Of a stretch of 64,000 nt of DNA, positions 27,975 through 40,477 are shown in pieces. The translations under genes and the position numbers were made by a program. The stretch's first letter is position 1; the number at the start of each line of letters is the position of its first letter. The DNA lies in assembly GCA_964016885.1 (NCBI GenBank), contig OZ024743.1:9424001-9488000 (forward strand), given 5' to 3'. A model generated the notes under the pieces. The model worked only from the letters and a program-made list of their open reading frames with translations. It was not told the origin of the DNA and ran no database searches. This DNA comes from Eledone cirrhosa (Eukaryota).

Positions 27975-28582
27975 CGAGAGAAAGCACCCTTGACGGACCG
28001 ATCATTTGATCTTGAAAGGGTTCAATAGGTGGAAGTTACTCCGACTACCAAGCAGAGATCGTTGTGAATTACCAACCTCTGATGACAGGAGCGAAACCGA
28101 CTGCTTTGAGAAGAGCGCCTAGATATCGATTAGAGCTCCACCGAAATCAGGTTTACTCCCTACCCTCTCTATAATGTATCGCATGAGGTGGGGGTTGTCG
28201 TACATGGACCTGGTCGGGATTTCGCACGTCTGCACCTCCCCTACCAAGGTCTTGACGAGAAGCGCCAACCTAGATACTAGCACATTGGTCAACATCTTAA
28301 CCTGTGTTTAGCGGTGTTATGGGCTTCAAGGTATCTAAAACGTCACTTATTTCAGTCTATCCTCATCAGTGTTACTGTCCACAACTCACAGAACTGGCAA
28401 TTCTCCCGCCTGTTGCCAATTGCAATAGGTAGTTTCGAGGAGATCAGAAATAAGTCTAGCATATCTATGCAAAAGTCATAGGGAGACCATCGAAACCGAG
28501 TGATTTGCACTTCATACAGTCGGCCTATACCTCCCGAATCTCGGCTGCTCTTGTCGACTTTTAGCCAGACTCTGCATCACCC
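27975..28582 (-). mobile_element. Tx1/L1-clade RT N-terminal fragment, decayed
   Basis: Minus strand: KSLGFDGLP, PITPLNT, KMLTNVLVSRLALLVKTLVGEVQTCEIPTRSMYDNPHLMRYII and SVRQGC. Confidence 0.85.
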
Positions 28583-31500
28583 ACCGACAGTCGTGTCACG
28601 CCAGGCTGTGGAGGTAACCAACAGTCGTGTCACGCCAGGCTGTGGAGGTAACCAAGAGTCGTGTCACGCCAGGCTGTGGAGGTAACCGAGAGTCGTGTCA
28701 CGCCAGGCTGTGAAGGTAACCGAGAGTCGTGTCACGCCAGGCTGTGGAGGTAACCGAGAGTCGTGTCACGCCAGGCTGTGGAGGTAACCGAGAGTCGTGT
28801 CACGCCAGGCTGTGGAGGTAACCGAGAGTCGTGTCACGCCAGGCTGTGGAGGTAACCAACAGTCGTGTAACGCCAGGCTGTGGAGGCAACCGAGAGTCGT
28901 GTCACGCCAGGCTGTGGAGGTAACCGAGAGTCGTGTCACGCCAGGCTGTGGAGGTAACCAAGAGTCGTGTCACGCCAGGCTGTGGAGGTAACCAAGAGTC
29001 GTGTCACGCCAGGCTGTGGAGGTAACCGAGAGTCGTGTCACGCCAGGCTGTGGAGGTAACCAAGAGTCGTGTCACGCCAGGCTGTGGAGGTAACCAACAG
29101 TCGTGTCACGCCAGGCTGTGGAGGTAACCAAGAGTCGTGTCACGCCAGGCTGTGGAGGTAACCAAGAGTCGTGTCACGCCAGGCTGTGGAGGTAACCGAG
29201 AGCCGTGTCACGCCAGGCTGTGCAGGTAACCAACAGTCGTGTCACGCCAGGCTGTGGAGGTAACCGAGAGCCGTGTCACGCCAGGCTGTGGAGGTAACCG
29301 AGAGCCGTGTCACGCCAGGCTGTGGAGGTAACCAAGAGTCGTGTCACGCCAGGCTGTGGAGGTAACCGACAGTCGTGTCACGCCAGGCTGTGGAGGTAAC
29401 CAAGAGTCGTGTCACGCCAGGCTGTGGAGGTAACCGAGAGCCGTGTCACGCCAGGCTGTGGAGGTAACCAAGAGTCGTGTCACGCCAGGCTGTGGAGGTA
29501 ACCGAGAGCCGTGTCACGCCAGGCTGTGGAGGTAACCAACAGTCGTGTCACGCCAGGCTGTGGAGGTAACCAACAGTCGTGTCACGCCAGGCTGTGGAGG
29601 TAACCGAGAGCCGTGTCACGCCAGGCTGTGCAGGTAACCAACAGTCGTGTCACGCCAGGCTGTGGAGGTAACCGAGAGCCGTGTCACGCCAGGCTGTGGA
29701 GGTAACCAACAGTCGTGTCACGCCAGGCTGTGGAGGTAACCAACAGTCGTGTCACGCCTGGCTGTGGAGGTAACCAAGAGTCGTGTCACGCCAGGCTGTG
29801 GAGGTAACCAACAGTCGTGTCACGCCAGGCTGTGGAGGTAACCAACAGTCGTGTCACGCCAGGCTGTGGAGGTAACCAACAGTCGTGTCACGCCAGGCTG
29901 TGGAGGTAACCAAGAGTCGTGTCACGCCAGGCTGTGGAGGTAACCAACAGTCGTGTCACGCCAGGCTGTGGAGGTAACCGAGAGCCGTGTCACGCCAGGC
30001 TGTGGAGGTAACCAACAGTCGTGTCACGCCAGGCTGTGGAGGTAACCAACAGTCGTGTCACGCCTGGCTGTGGAGGTAACCAAGAGTCGTGTCACGCCAG
30101 GCTGTGGAGGTAACCAACAGTCGTGTCACGCCAGGCTGTGGAGGTAACCAACAGTCGTGTCACGCCAGGCTGTGGAGGTAACCAACAGTCGTGTCACGCC
30201 AGGCTGTGGAGGTAACCAAGAGTCGTGTCACGCCAGGCTGTGGAGGTAACCAACAGTCGTGTCACGCCAGGCTGTGGAGGTAACCAACAGTCGTGTCACG
30301 CCAGGCTGTGGAGGTAACCAACAGTCGTGTCACGCCAGGCTGTGGAGGTAACCGACAGTCGTGTCACGCCAGGCTGTGGAGGTAACCAAGAGTCGTGTCA
30401 CGTCAGGCTGTGGAGGTAACCAAGAGTCGTGTCACGCCAGGCTGTGGAGGTAACCAACAGTCGTGTCACGCCAGGCTGTGGAGGTAACCAACAGTCGTGT
30501 CACGCCAGGCTGTGGAGGTAACCGACAGTCGTGTCACGCCAGGCTGTGGAGGTAACCAAGAGTCGTGTCACGTCAGGCTGTGGAGGTAACCAACAGTCGT
30601 GTCACGCCAGGCTGTGGAGGTAACCAAGAGTCGTGTCATGCCAGGCTGTGGAGGTAACCAAGAGTCGTGTCACGCCAGGCTGTGGAGGTAACCAAGAGTC
30701 GTGTCACGCCAGGCTGTGGAGGTAACCGACAGTCGTGTCACGCCAGGCTGTGGAGGTAACCGAGAGTCGTGTCACGCCAGGCTGTGGAGGTAACCAACAG
30801 TCGTGTCACGCCAGGCTGTGGAGGTAACCAACAGTCGTGTCACGCCAGGCTGTGGAGGTAACCGAGAGTCGTGTCACGCCAGGCTGTGGAGGTAACCAAC
30901 AGTCGTGTCACGCCAGGCTGTGGAGGTAACCAACAGTCGTGTCACGCCAGGCTGTGGAGGTAACCAACAGTCGTGTCACGCCAGGCTGTGGAGGTAACCG
31001 AGAGCCGTGTCACGCCAGGCTGTGGAGGTAACCGAGAGTCGTGTCACGCCAGGCTGTGGAGGTAACCAACAGTCGTGTCACGCCAGGCTGTGGAGGTAAC
31101 CAACAGTCGTGTCACGCCAGGCTGTGGAGGTAACCAAGAGTCGTGTCACGCCAGGCTGTGGAGGTAACCGAGAGTCGTGTCACGCCAGGCTGTGGAGGTA
31201 ACCAAGAGTCGTGTCACGCCAGGCTGTGGAGGTAACCAACAGTCGTGTCACGCCAGGCTGTGGAGGTAACCAAGAGTCGTGTCACGCCAGGCTGTGGAGG
31301 TAACCGAGAGCCGTGTCACGCCAGGCTGTGGAGGTAACCGAGAGCCGTGTCACGCCAGGCTGTGGAGGTAACCAAGAGTCGTGTCACGCCAGGCTGTGGA
31401 GGTAACCAACAGTCGTGTCACGCCAGGCTGTGGAGGTAACCAACAGTCGTGTCACGCCAGGCTGTGGAGGTAACCAACAGTCGTGTCACGCCAGGCTGTG

Positions 31501-34158
31501 GAGGTAACCGAGAGACGTGTCACGCCAGGCTGTGGAGGTAACCAACAGTCGTGTCACGCCAGGCTGTGGAGGTAACCAACAGTCGTGTCACGCCAGGCTG
31601 TGGAGGTAACCAACAGTCGTGTCACGCCAGGCTGTGGAGGTAACCGAGAGCCGTGTCACGCCAGGCTGTGGAGGTAACCGACAGTCGTGTCACGCCAGGC
31701 TGTGGAGGTAACCAACAGCCGTGTCACGCCAGGCTGTGGAGGTAACCAAGAGTCGTGTCACGCCAGGCTGTGGAGGTAACCAAGAGTCGTGTCACGCCAG
31801 GCTGTGGAGGTAACCAAGAGTCGTGTCACGCCAGGCTGTGGAGGTAACCAACAGTCGTGTCACGCCAGGCTGTGGAGGTAACCAACAGTCGTGTCACGCC
31901 AGGCTGTGGAGGTAACCAACAGCCGTGTCACGCCAGGCTGTGGAGGTAACCGAGAGTCGTGTCACGCCAGGCTGTGGAGGTAACCAACAGTCGTGTCACG
32001 CCAGGCTGTGGAGGTAACCAAGAGTCGTGTCACGCCAGGCTGTGGAGGTAACCAAGAGTCGTGTCACGCCAGGCTGTGGAGGTAACCAAGAGTCGTGTCA
32101 CGCCAGGCTGTGGAGGTAACCAAGAGTCGTGTCACGCCAGGCTGTGGAGGTAACCAACAGTCGTGTCACGCCAGGCTGTGGAGGTAACCAAGAGTCGTGT
32201 CACGCCAGGCTGTGGAGGTAACCAAGAGTCGTGTCACGCCAGGCTGTGGAGGTAACCAACAGTCGTGTCACGCCAGGCTGTGGAGGTAACCAACAGTCGT
32301 GTCACGCCAGGCTGTGGAGGTAACCAACAGCCGTGTCACGCCAGGCTGTGGAGGTAACCGACAGTCGTGTCACGCCAGGCTGTGGAGGTAACCAACAGTC
32401 GTGTCACGCCAGGCTGTGGAGGTAACCAACAGTCGTGTCACGCCAGGCTGTGGAGGTAACCAACAGCCGTGTCACGCCAGGCTGTGGAGGTAACCGAGAG
32501 TCGTGTCACGCCAGGCTGTGGAGGTAACCAAGAGTCGTGTCACGCCAGGCTGTGGAGGTAACCAAGAGTCGTGTCACGCCAGGCTGTGGAGGTAACCAAC
32601 AGCCGTGTCACGCCAGGCTGTGGAGGTAACCGACAGTCGTGTCACGCCAGGCTGTGGAGGTAACCAACAGTCGTGTCACGCCAGGCTGTGGAGGTAACCA
32701 AGAGTCGTGTCACGCCAGGCTGTGGAGGTAACCAACAGTCGTGTCACGCCAGGCTGTGGAGGTAACCAACAGCCGTGTCACGCCAGGCTGTGGAGGTAAC
32801 CGACAGTCGTGTCACGCCAGGCTGTGGAGGTAACCAAAAGTCGTGTCACGCCAGGCTGTGGAGGTAACCAACAGTCGTGTCACGCCAGGCTGTGGAGGTA
32901 ACCAACAGCCGTGTCACGCCAGGCTGTGGAGGTAACCGAGAGTCGTGTCACGCCAGGCTGTGGAGGTAACCAAGAGTCGTGTCACGCCAGGCTGTGGAGG
33001 TAACCAAGAGTCGTGTCACGCCAGGCTGTGGAGGTAACCAACAGCCGTGTCACGCCAGGCTGTGGAGGTAACCAAGAGTCGTGTCACGCCAGGCTGTGGA
33101 GGTAACCAACAGTCGTGTCACGCCAGGCTGTGGAGGTAACCAACAGCCGTGTCACGCCAGGCTGTGGAGGTAACCAAGAGTCGTGTCACGCCAGGCTGTG
33201 GAGGTAACCAAGAGTCGTGTCACGCCAGGCTGTGGAGGTAACCAACAGTCGTGTCACGCCAGGCTGTGGAGGTAACCAACAGTCGTGTAACGCCAGGCTG
33301 TGGAGGTAACCGACAGTCGTGTCACGCCAGGCTGTGGAGGTAAGCAACAGTCGTGTCACGCCAGGCTGTGGAGGTAACCAAGAGTCGTGTCACGCCAGGC
33401 TGTGGAGGTAACCAAGAGTCGTGTCACGCCAGGCTGTGGAGGTAACCGACAGTCGTGTCACGCCAGGCTGTGGAGGTAACCAACAGTCGTGTCACGCCAG
33501 GCTGTGGAGGTAACCAACAGTCGTGTCACGCCAGGCTGTGGAGGTAACCAAGAGTCGTGTCACGCCAGGCTGTGGAGGTAACCGACAGTCGTGTCACGCC
33601 AGGCTGTGGAGGTAACCAACAGTCGTGTCACGCCAGGCTGTGGAGGTAACCAACAGTCGTGTCACGCCAGGCTGTGGAGGTAACCAACAGTCGTGTAACG
33701 CCTGGCTGTGGAGGTAACCGACAGTCGTGTCACGCCAGGCTGTGGAGGTAACCAACAGTCGTGTCACGCCAGGCTGTGGAGGTAACCGACAGTCGTGTCA
33801 CGCCAGGCTGTGGAGGTAACCAAGAGTCGTGTCACGCCAGGCTGTGGAGGTAACCGACAGTCGTGTCACGCCAGGCTGTGGAGGTAACCAAGAGTCGTGT
33901 CACGCCAGGCTGTGGAGGTAACCAAGAGTCGTGTCACGCCAGGCTGTGGAGGTAACCAACAGTCGTGTAACGCCAGGCTGTGGAGGTAACTGACAGTCGT
34001 GTCACGCCAGGCTGTGGAGGTAACCAACAGTCGTGTCACGCCAGGCTGTGGAGGTAACCGACAGTCGTGTCACGCCAGGCTGTGGAGGTAACCGACAGTC
34101 GTGTCACGCCAGGCTGTGGAGGTAACCGACAGTCGTGTCACGCCAGGCTGTGGAGGTA
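28583..34158. repeat. 34-bp GC-rich minisatellite, 164 copies: ACC(A/G)A(C/G)AG(T/C)CGTGTCACGCCAGGCTGTGGAGGTA
   Basis: Line phase recurs every 1020 bp (30 x 34); 5576 bp divided by 34 is 164. Confidence 0.97.
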
Positions 34159-36075
34159 GAAAATGAAGTACGTTTTACCAATAGTAATAAACAAATTCAA
34201 ACTGACAATATATTTCTGTATTCATATATGCCATCTCTCTCTCACTATATATATATATATTTACACACACACATATACACACATGTATATATATATATAT
34301 ACACACACATAAATATGCACATATATATAATCCCCTCTCTATATTTATAGCATTTTATTTGTCACATAAAGACGCATCCAGTCAAATTGCTTTAAATAAA
34401 TACTTGATCAGAGAAAGAGTAATGTTTTAGGATCGATTCCTGTAGAGACATATTTACACATACACCACATTCATACCCAAACATGAACAGAAATTTACAC
34501 TCATACACATACACAGTTATACACATATTTATTTTTATGGCTTTGTCTACCTACATACATGTGGAAATAAATTTGGGTATTTCATTTATATTTTAGTTTA
34601 ATATTTCAGAACATTCTACACGAATTGACAACAATCTCTATGATTGTGTTTTATTGTAGTTAAGGCTATTTTCTACATAATGGAACACGTATATTTCTAA
34701 TCCTTTGTTTTTCTTCCTATTCATAATTTGTCCATTATTTTCATGTTTTCAACATTTTCTCGCCCTTTGAAATACAGGTGACAATATGACCAACGGTATT
34801 TCATCTGTATATAAACAAAGATTTTGTTACTCACCGCACTAGAAAACGACTTCACTCTTATATTCTTCCTGTCTCTTTCTCTCACTCACTTCACTGAACC
34901 CAGACTTTCACGCATGTTGCATACATGCACATTCTAAACGTTTACATATAATTATTTAGTCTTGTATATTTACTTCGAATGTTTTGTGAATTTTCATTTT
35001 TTATTTGTCAAATGCACTTCTTTGCATTACTTTTACCTTATTTGCCTTGCTCCTCTTAATTTTCATGTTCTATACAATTATTAACAAAAAGTATTTTTGT
35101 TATTTCATTCTCTGATAATATTTAAAATGTTGACCTTAATGTTGTGAATGTTTTCAAACTCCTGTTATTGTTTAACAATTTCGAGCAGTTTCCTTTTCCA
35201 TCACTAACACGGAGAATCGTAAACAGCAAATGATTTGCACTCTGAACTTTCCTATAAAGAGCATAATTTTCCACATCTAAAATTAAGAACAGCAAAGCAC
35301 GTAAGCTAAAGATAATGAAAAGAATGGTATTTAATATCTAACTAAGCACAGAAAACTTCTTAAATAAATAATACAAAAGTAAATAATTATGTAAAAATGT
35401 GTATCATTGAAGTTAGCTCAAAGTGAAAGAGAGAGAGAGGGAGAGAGAGAGAGAGAGAGAGAGAGACGGAGAAAGAAAGAGAACTGGGAGAGATAAAGTG
35501 AGAGAGGTGACAGAAAAAATATTTTTTCTCCATGAGAAGCCGTACGGGTTCATGAAACAAGTAAAACAATAAAAGAAAAGAATAATCGATACATTTCCAT
35601 GCTTATGTGATGCATTTTGATATATCCGTCTCAAGTTTAAAGAGGAGTTCCATTTTTGATATTTTACTATTTTATGTTAATGTTCATAACCTGTAAATTA
35701 GTGTGAATATTTCCGCACGGTCTTTTAATTTGAGTTTAATAAATATCAGATTTTTCTTTAAATTGAAAGTGTTTATATATTTCTTAGATAGGGTAGAAAA
35801 AAGAGACTATTTACACTATCTAGTTATTGCTCCTTGAAGTACAATATAATAAATAATCTTAATACGTAGAAGGCTTTCATGGGCGCAGAAGCAAACAGGA
35901 GCATAGTACATTAACTAACTCTATAAGATGAGCGCATTTTTATTGTTTCATTCGCATACAAATAACCTTTGATGTTTAGGCTCTAGTACCCAACCAATTG
36001 GTTATCTTCCCTTAATCACCTTAACTGCTAACTTTGGATAACATTGTAATTACTTTCATGGCAAAATATAAAAAA

Positions 36076-36099
36076 ATATCACATGAAAATCGAAATGCA

Positions 36100-36143
<44 letters not shown>

Positions 36144-36163
36144 TCTCGATTTTCATGTGATAT
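36076..36163. repeat. 25-bp inverted repeat enclosing a (TA)n tract
   Basis: ATATCACATGAAAATCGAAATGCAT ... ATGCATCTCGATTTTCATGTGATAT. Confidence 0.85.
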
Positions 36164-36177
36164 ATATTATATATTTA

Positions 36178-36226
<49 letters not shown>

Positions 36227-36378
36227 TAATATTTGCGCGCTCACCAGCATATAAAAATGTGTAAAATCTCTAGAACCAGATATCCTAGGTTCTACTGCCG
36301 TATGTATGTTCTGGTTTTTTGTGCCTAAAGTAGAAACAATTATTTTATAAAGTTTCGGTGTTTTATAAGTTTTGTAAA

Positions 36379-36560
36379 GGGCGGTGAATTGGCAGTATCG
36401 GTAGAGTGTCAGACACCATAAAGTTATGTCCCTTTACGTTCTGGGTTCAAATCCCGCCGAAGTTAACTTTGCCTTTCATCCTTACGGGGTCGATAAAAAT
36501 GAAGTGCCAATAATGCTCTGCGATAATTTCTGGCCTTGTGCCAAAAGTAGAAACAATTAT
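36379..36560 (+). mobile_element. tRNA-derived SINE
   Basis: Head, B-box GGTTCAAATCC and core; the 3' end and flank are duplicated upstream at about 36320-36357. Confidence 0.85.
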
Positions 36561-36639
36561 TTTTATAAAGTTTCACCAATAACATAAGACCTTTTCTACG
36601 GATTGCAATGTATAGTGTTTTGGCCACTACATCGTGCCC

Positions 36640-37690
36640 CATAGGTAGATAGTATCGTTATTATATCTTTGAGCAGCTGCTTATGATGTGGGTGACATCT
36701 CCGATGTTTATTTTTGTTACATGTTGGTGTTTTGCCTGCATTCCTATCATTTTTGTATATCAGGTATTTCGTTGTTATTTCCCGTTCTTGCATTGAAAAA
36801 GAAAGTGAGAATCTTCAAGTAGTTGGTCCAAGGAAGACTATTTTGCTAATCTATATAACTCTAAGTTTGAAAGTTTCTGCCATCCATGGATTGAACAATT
36901 TCTCTGGGAGTGAGATTTTGATTATCATACAGGTAATAGTTCTCATGGAGCCCCTTACATAAACTCATGATGTTATCTGCCTCATGTAGACAGACTTGTT
37001 ATATAGATGTCAATTTTACAATTTGTGGCTTGCAGATGTTGTCCAAAGGATATAATGCGGCCTCTGCCTCTCTGTTTACATTTTATGTAGAGGCGGTTTA
37101 TGTCACTGCTGGTGGGGACATTTTGGGTACCGGTTAGAACGTTTCGGATTTTAACATCAATGGATCGGAGCGGATCTAGCGTCCAGTCAAGTATCAATTG
37201 ATGTCAGCAGAAGTAAAGGAAACAAATTATGGGGCACTGAATTGTGCGCAGAGAGTTCAGAAGACCTTATTTTTCTTATTCGGGTTTATATTCCCTATTT
37301 GCTCGTAGTTTGTTTACAAATTCCCTCATAGGATATATTTTCATATATCCCTAGGTTTCTCTATTAGTCCTCATCATATCCTTGTGAAACTGTCAGGTCA
37401 CTGACAGAGATGTTGCCAGATTGGCTTGTAGGTTTTAGGTACATTTATTCTGTTAAAAGTCCATTCTTATATCTTTCGAGAATGTCGTAACCAGGTCAAG
37501 GTTTTTCTTTATAGCATCCATTAAGAAGCAACCTGTTAATGTTTTGCTTCAGGCCTTATGTGAACCAATTACATATCCTTCATATTTCCTGAACATAAAG
37601 GACAAGGGGTTTAATGACAGTATAAATATCACCACAGAGAGACTGTCTTGTTAAAATACACTCCTGCAATATTCTATTTTAACATTGATA
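36640..37690 (-). mobile_element. Decayed R4/Dong-clade RT fragment
   Basis: ILDWTL..SDINRLYIKCKQRGRG, plus a degenerate G.FQ.DSL..LSLNPLSF motif upstream. Confidence 0.7.
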
Positions 37691-38387
37691 ATATAGTCCA
37701 ACTTTTCTGTATTCAACTTCAGGGTAGTGGCCCAGGACGATTGTTTGTCTATGACTGATAATGGTATCTGGGACCTTAGAAAGTCGAAGGGTCTCTAGCA
37801 TCCAAGATATGTATGAATGTATGTATGTACGTATGTATGTATGTACGTATGTATGCATGTATGCATGTATGCATGTACGTCTGTATGTATGTATGCATGT
37901 AAGTAAGTCTCTATGTATGTATATGTGTATGCATATAAGTAAGTCTATATGTATGCGTGTGTATATATATATATATGTACTGTATCGCCTAAGATTATCA
38001 TTGTCACATGGGAGTAGGCCTGAAGATCTCTCTCTACTAAAATGATCCATATGCTTGCTTGCGTCTCATATAGTCTATGGCAACCGATGCCTGACTCCTG
38101 GCCTTCTCGTAGCGAAGATGTTTGGAAACGGCAAGGAGAAGAGGTATAGAGGAGTTACTAGTGCCTTAAAACCTGTTGTTCCGGGTAGACGGAACTCAGC
38201 ATTTTAAGACAGTCTGTCAAGGGGAAAGTTCATTCTGATTTCTAGTTGCTGTCAGGAAGCTCACTAAGTTCATTGGACGTGAGAGAACCTGAGTTATTGT
38301 TGAGGCATTCCTCTAAAATGGGAAACTGAGGTGAAATCTAATTATTATGTCATCATTGGTAATCTTGCTTAAGCTTGTCATGAAATA

Positions 38388-38581
38388 ATAATTGTTTCTA
38401 CTTTTTGACACAAAGCCACTAATTATCCCAGTGCATTACTGGTACTTTATTTTATCGACGCCGTAAGGATGAAAGGCAAAGTTAACCTCGGCAGAATTTG
38501 AACTCAGACCGCAAAGGGACGTAACTCTTTGATACAAAGCATGGCGTCCGACCCTCTACCGATACTGCCAATCCACCGCCT
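38388..38581 (-). mobile_element. tRNA-derived SINE with TSD
   Basis: Full-length copy flanked on both sides by CTTGTCAT(G/C)AAATAATAAT. Confidence 0.88.
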
Positions 38582-38947
38582 CTTGTCATCAAATAATAAT
38601 GATTGAGACTTATAGAGTGGCACTTATGTTGTACAAGCGATTGTTACTATAACCCAAGATGTACAGATGTCCCTTTTGCAATCGTCTCTTCAGTCCTTCT
38701 ATCTTGCCATCTGATGCTGGCCACAACTCCAAATTATTGCAACAATATAGAAATTGGGCCTATTGTTGCTGCTATTAGGGTATCACACGAATTGTCGCAA
38801 ATTCGTGATCTCGGAAGATGTAATATACGCTGGAGCTGTCACTTTTCCCATTTCTTCAGTCATTTGTGCTGATGAATCCTATCTTAGAATGTTTTCCGTG
38901 TCCGAGTGTGATGTCTTGGTCCTAATTTTCTAACTTGATCAAGGGCT

Positions 38948-39486
38948 ACAGTATAAGCATAAGGCTATTTCAACTTCTTATTTTCAGACTTCAAAATGTA
39001 ATTACATTTTATATTCAATTCTATATTCAATTTCATTCTATTTCATTTCCGTTCTTTATCTTCTACCACTATGCGATGGAGGCATTATCTCTCTTCCCTC
39101 TCTCACTCCCATTATCTTCATTTTCTGGGCTGTTGGGATCTCACCCTCTTCCTTTCTATCACTACTACATCTGATATTTTTTCTATTACTTTACTTTACA
39201 ACACTTCCTTAATCAGCACCTATCTTAAACAATGTCTATAGTATAAGCATAAGGCTATTTAAATTTCCTAATTTTCAGACTGCAAAATGGAATTCAATTT
39301 TATATTCAATTTTATATATAATTTCATTCTATTTCATTTTCTTTCTTTTTCTAGCATCATGCGTTGGTGGCATTGTCCCTCTTCCTTTTCTTGGCTGTTG
39401 GACTCTCTAATTCTCTGTAACTACTGTGTCTGTTATTTTTGTTTTTACTTTACTTTACAATATTTCCTTAATCAACACCTATCTTG
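38948..39486. repeat. Diverged tandem duplication, period about 290 bp
   Basis: AGTATAAGCATAAGGCTATTT and TTCCTTAATCA(G/A)CACCTATCTT each occur twice. Confidence 0.8.
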
Positions 39487-39559
39487 ACTAAACCTTGACA
39501 CCTCGCTACCACACCAATACAGTCACCACGCATCTCTGTTAGAGATTCCTTGAAAAAAT

Positions 39560-40325
39560 TGACAAACGACAACCAGAACAAAAGGCACAGGAACTAGAAA
39601 GCAGGCTGTTAAAGCGATAATTGGAGAGATGGAACCTGATATATCAACTAAAAGATGTTTTTTATGCAGCAGCAATGGTAATAGAAAGGAAATTTGGTTT
39701 AAGGAAAAAGCGGAAAGTACGTAACATTAAAAAAAAGAACCACACTGGAAGATTGAAAAAAGAAATTGAAATGATGAGGAGAAAAATATCGATGCTGGAT
39801 GAAATCTGTCAAGTCAAGTAAAGGAAGGAAAGTGATTAAGAAATACTATGTAACTTCAAAACCTAATGTTCCACCAATCACAGAAACCCTGAAACCAAAA
39901 GTACAGCTGAAAGCTCAAAGAATTAGAATATTTGAAAAGTGGAATTGATTTTACAGGCAAAACAGCTTTTTATGTTACATGCAAAAAGGATTTATAGGGA
40001 AATTGGGGCATAGGCAATTCAAGTAAAGGAATCTTATTCAATTCATACAATGGAAGAATTCTGGAACACAGTATGGAGTACAGAAAAATCCCATAATATA
40101 AATGCAGAAAGGATACGATAATTAAGAAAGGCAAACCTGGCAATGCATAACTATGGTAGAACTAGAGTTGGCACCAAAGAAAGCCAACAAATGGAAATAC
40201 CCTGGTTATCTTCTCAAACTGCTACCCATGATATTTTGGTAAAATGTTATAACGAAATTACGCACAATCCTGAAACACCTGATTGATTTGCACAAGGTAT
40301 TACATATCACTTGCCAAAATAGACA
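39560..40325 (+). mobile_element. Decayed R4/Dong-clade ORF, pre-RT region
   Basis: VFYAAAMVI..RLKKEIEMMRRKIS, ETLKPKVQLKAQRIR, MEEFWNTVW, KKANKWKYPG and GITYHLPK. Confidence 0.7.
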
Positions 40326-40477
40326 ATTAGCTTTTAAAATGTTCACCATTTTTACTAATATGCAAGTGTACACATTTGTATGAGCAAGGTTACAATGTTG
40401 TGTATTTGCTTAAATGTCTGCTCTATCTCTGCCTATCTACGAATAGATATACGCATAAGCTATATATATATATATAT

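Noticed and set aside
28079-28100. CTGATGA..GAAAC hammerhead-like match
   Set aside because: No stem II or stem I; lies antisense within the Tx1 RT remnant
28345-28370. Minus-strand CTGATGA-GGATAGACT-GAAA
   Set aside because: Stem II is marginal, no stem I or III, and it is part of the decayed RT coding sequence
28500-28991. Short ORFs through the minisatellite
   Set aside because: The 34-bp unit shifts frame and hits TAA every three units; no long ORF
28583-34158. CRISPR-like array, given the 34-bp repeat length
   Set aside because: Units are directly tandem with no unique spacers, there are no cas genes, and the context is eukaryotic
34770-34880. Possible host exon boundaries (plus-strand acceptor near 34778, minus-strand GTGAGT donor near 34835)
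   Set aside because: Isolated splice-like motifs with no supporting ORF; untestable without RNA data
40376-40477. N-terminus of the 369-aa ORF as part of the Penelope protein
   Set aside because: Read-through from flanking DNA and the TA tract; homology starts at GGLYRDD
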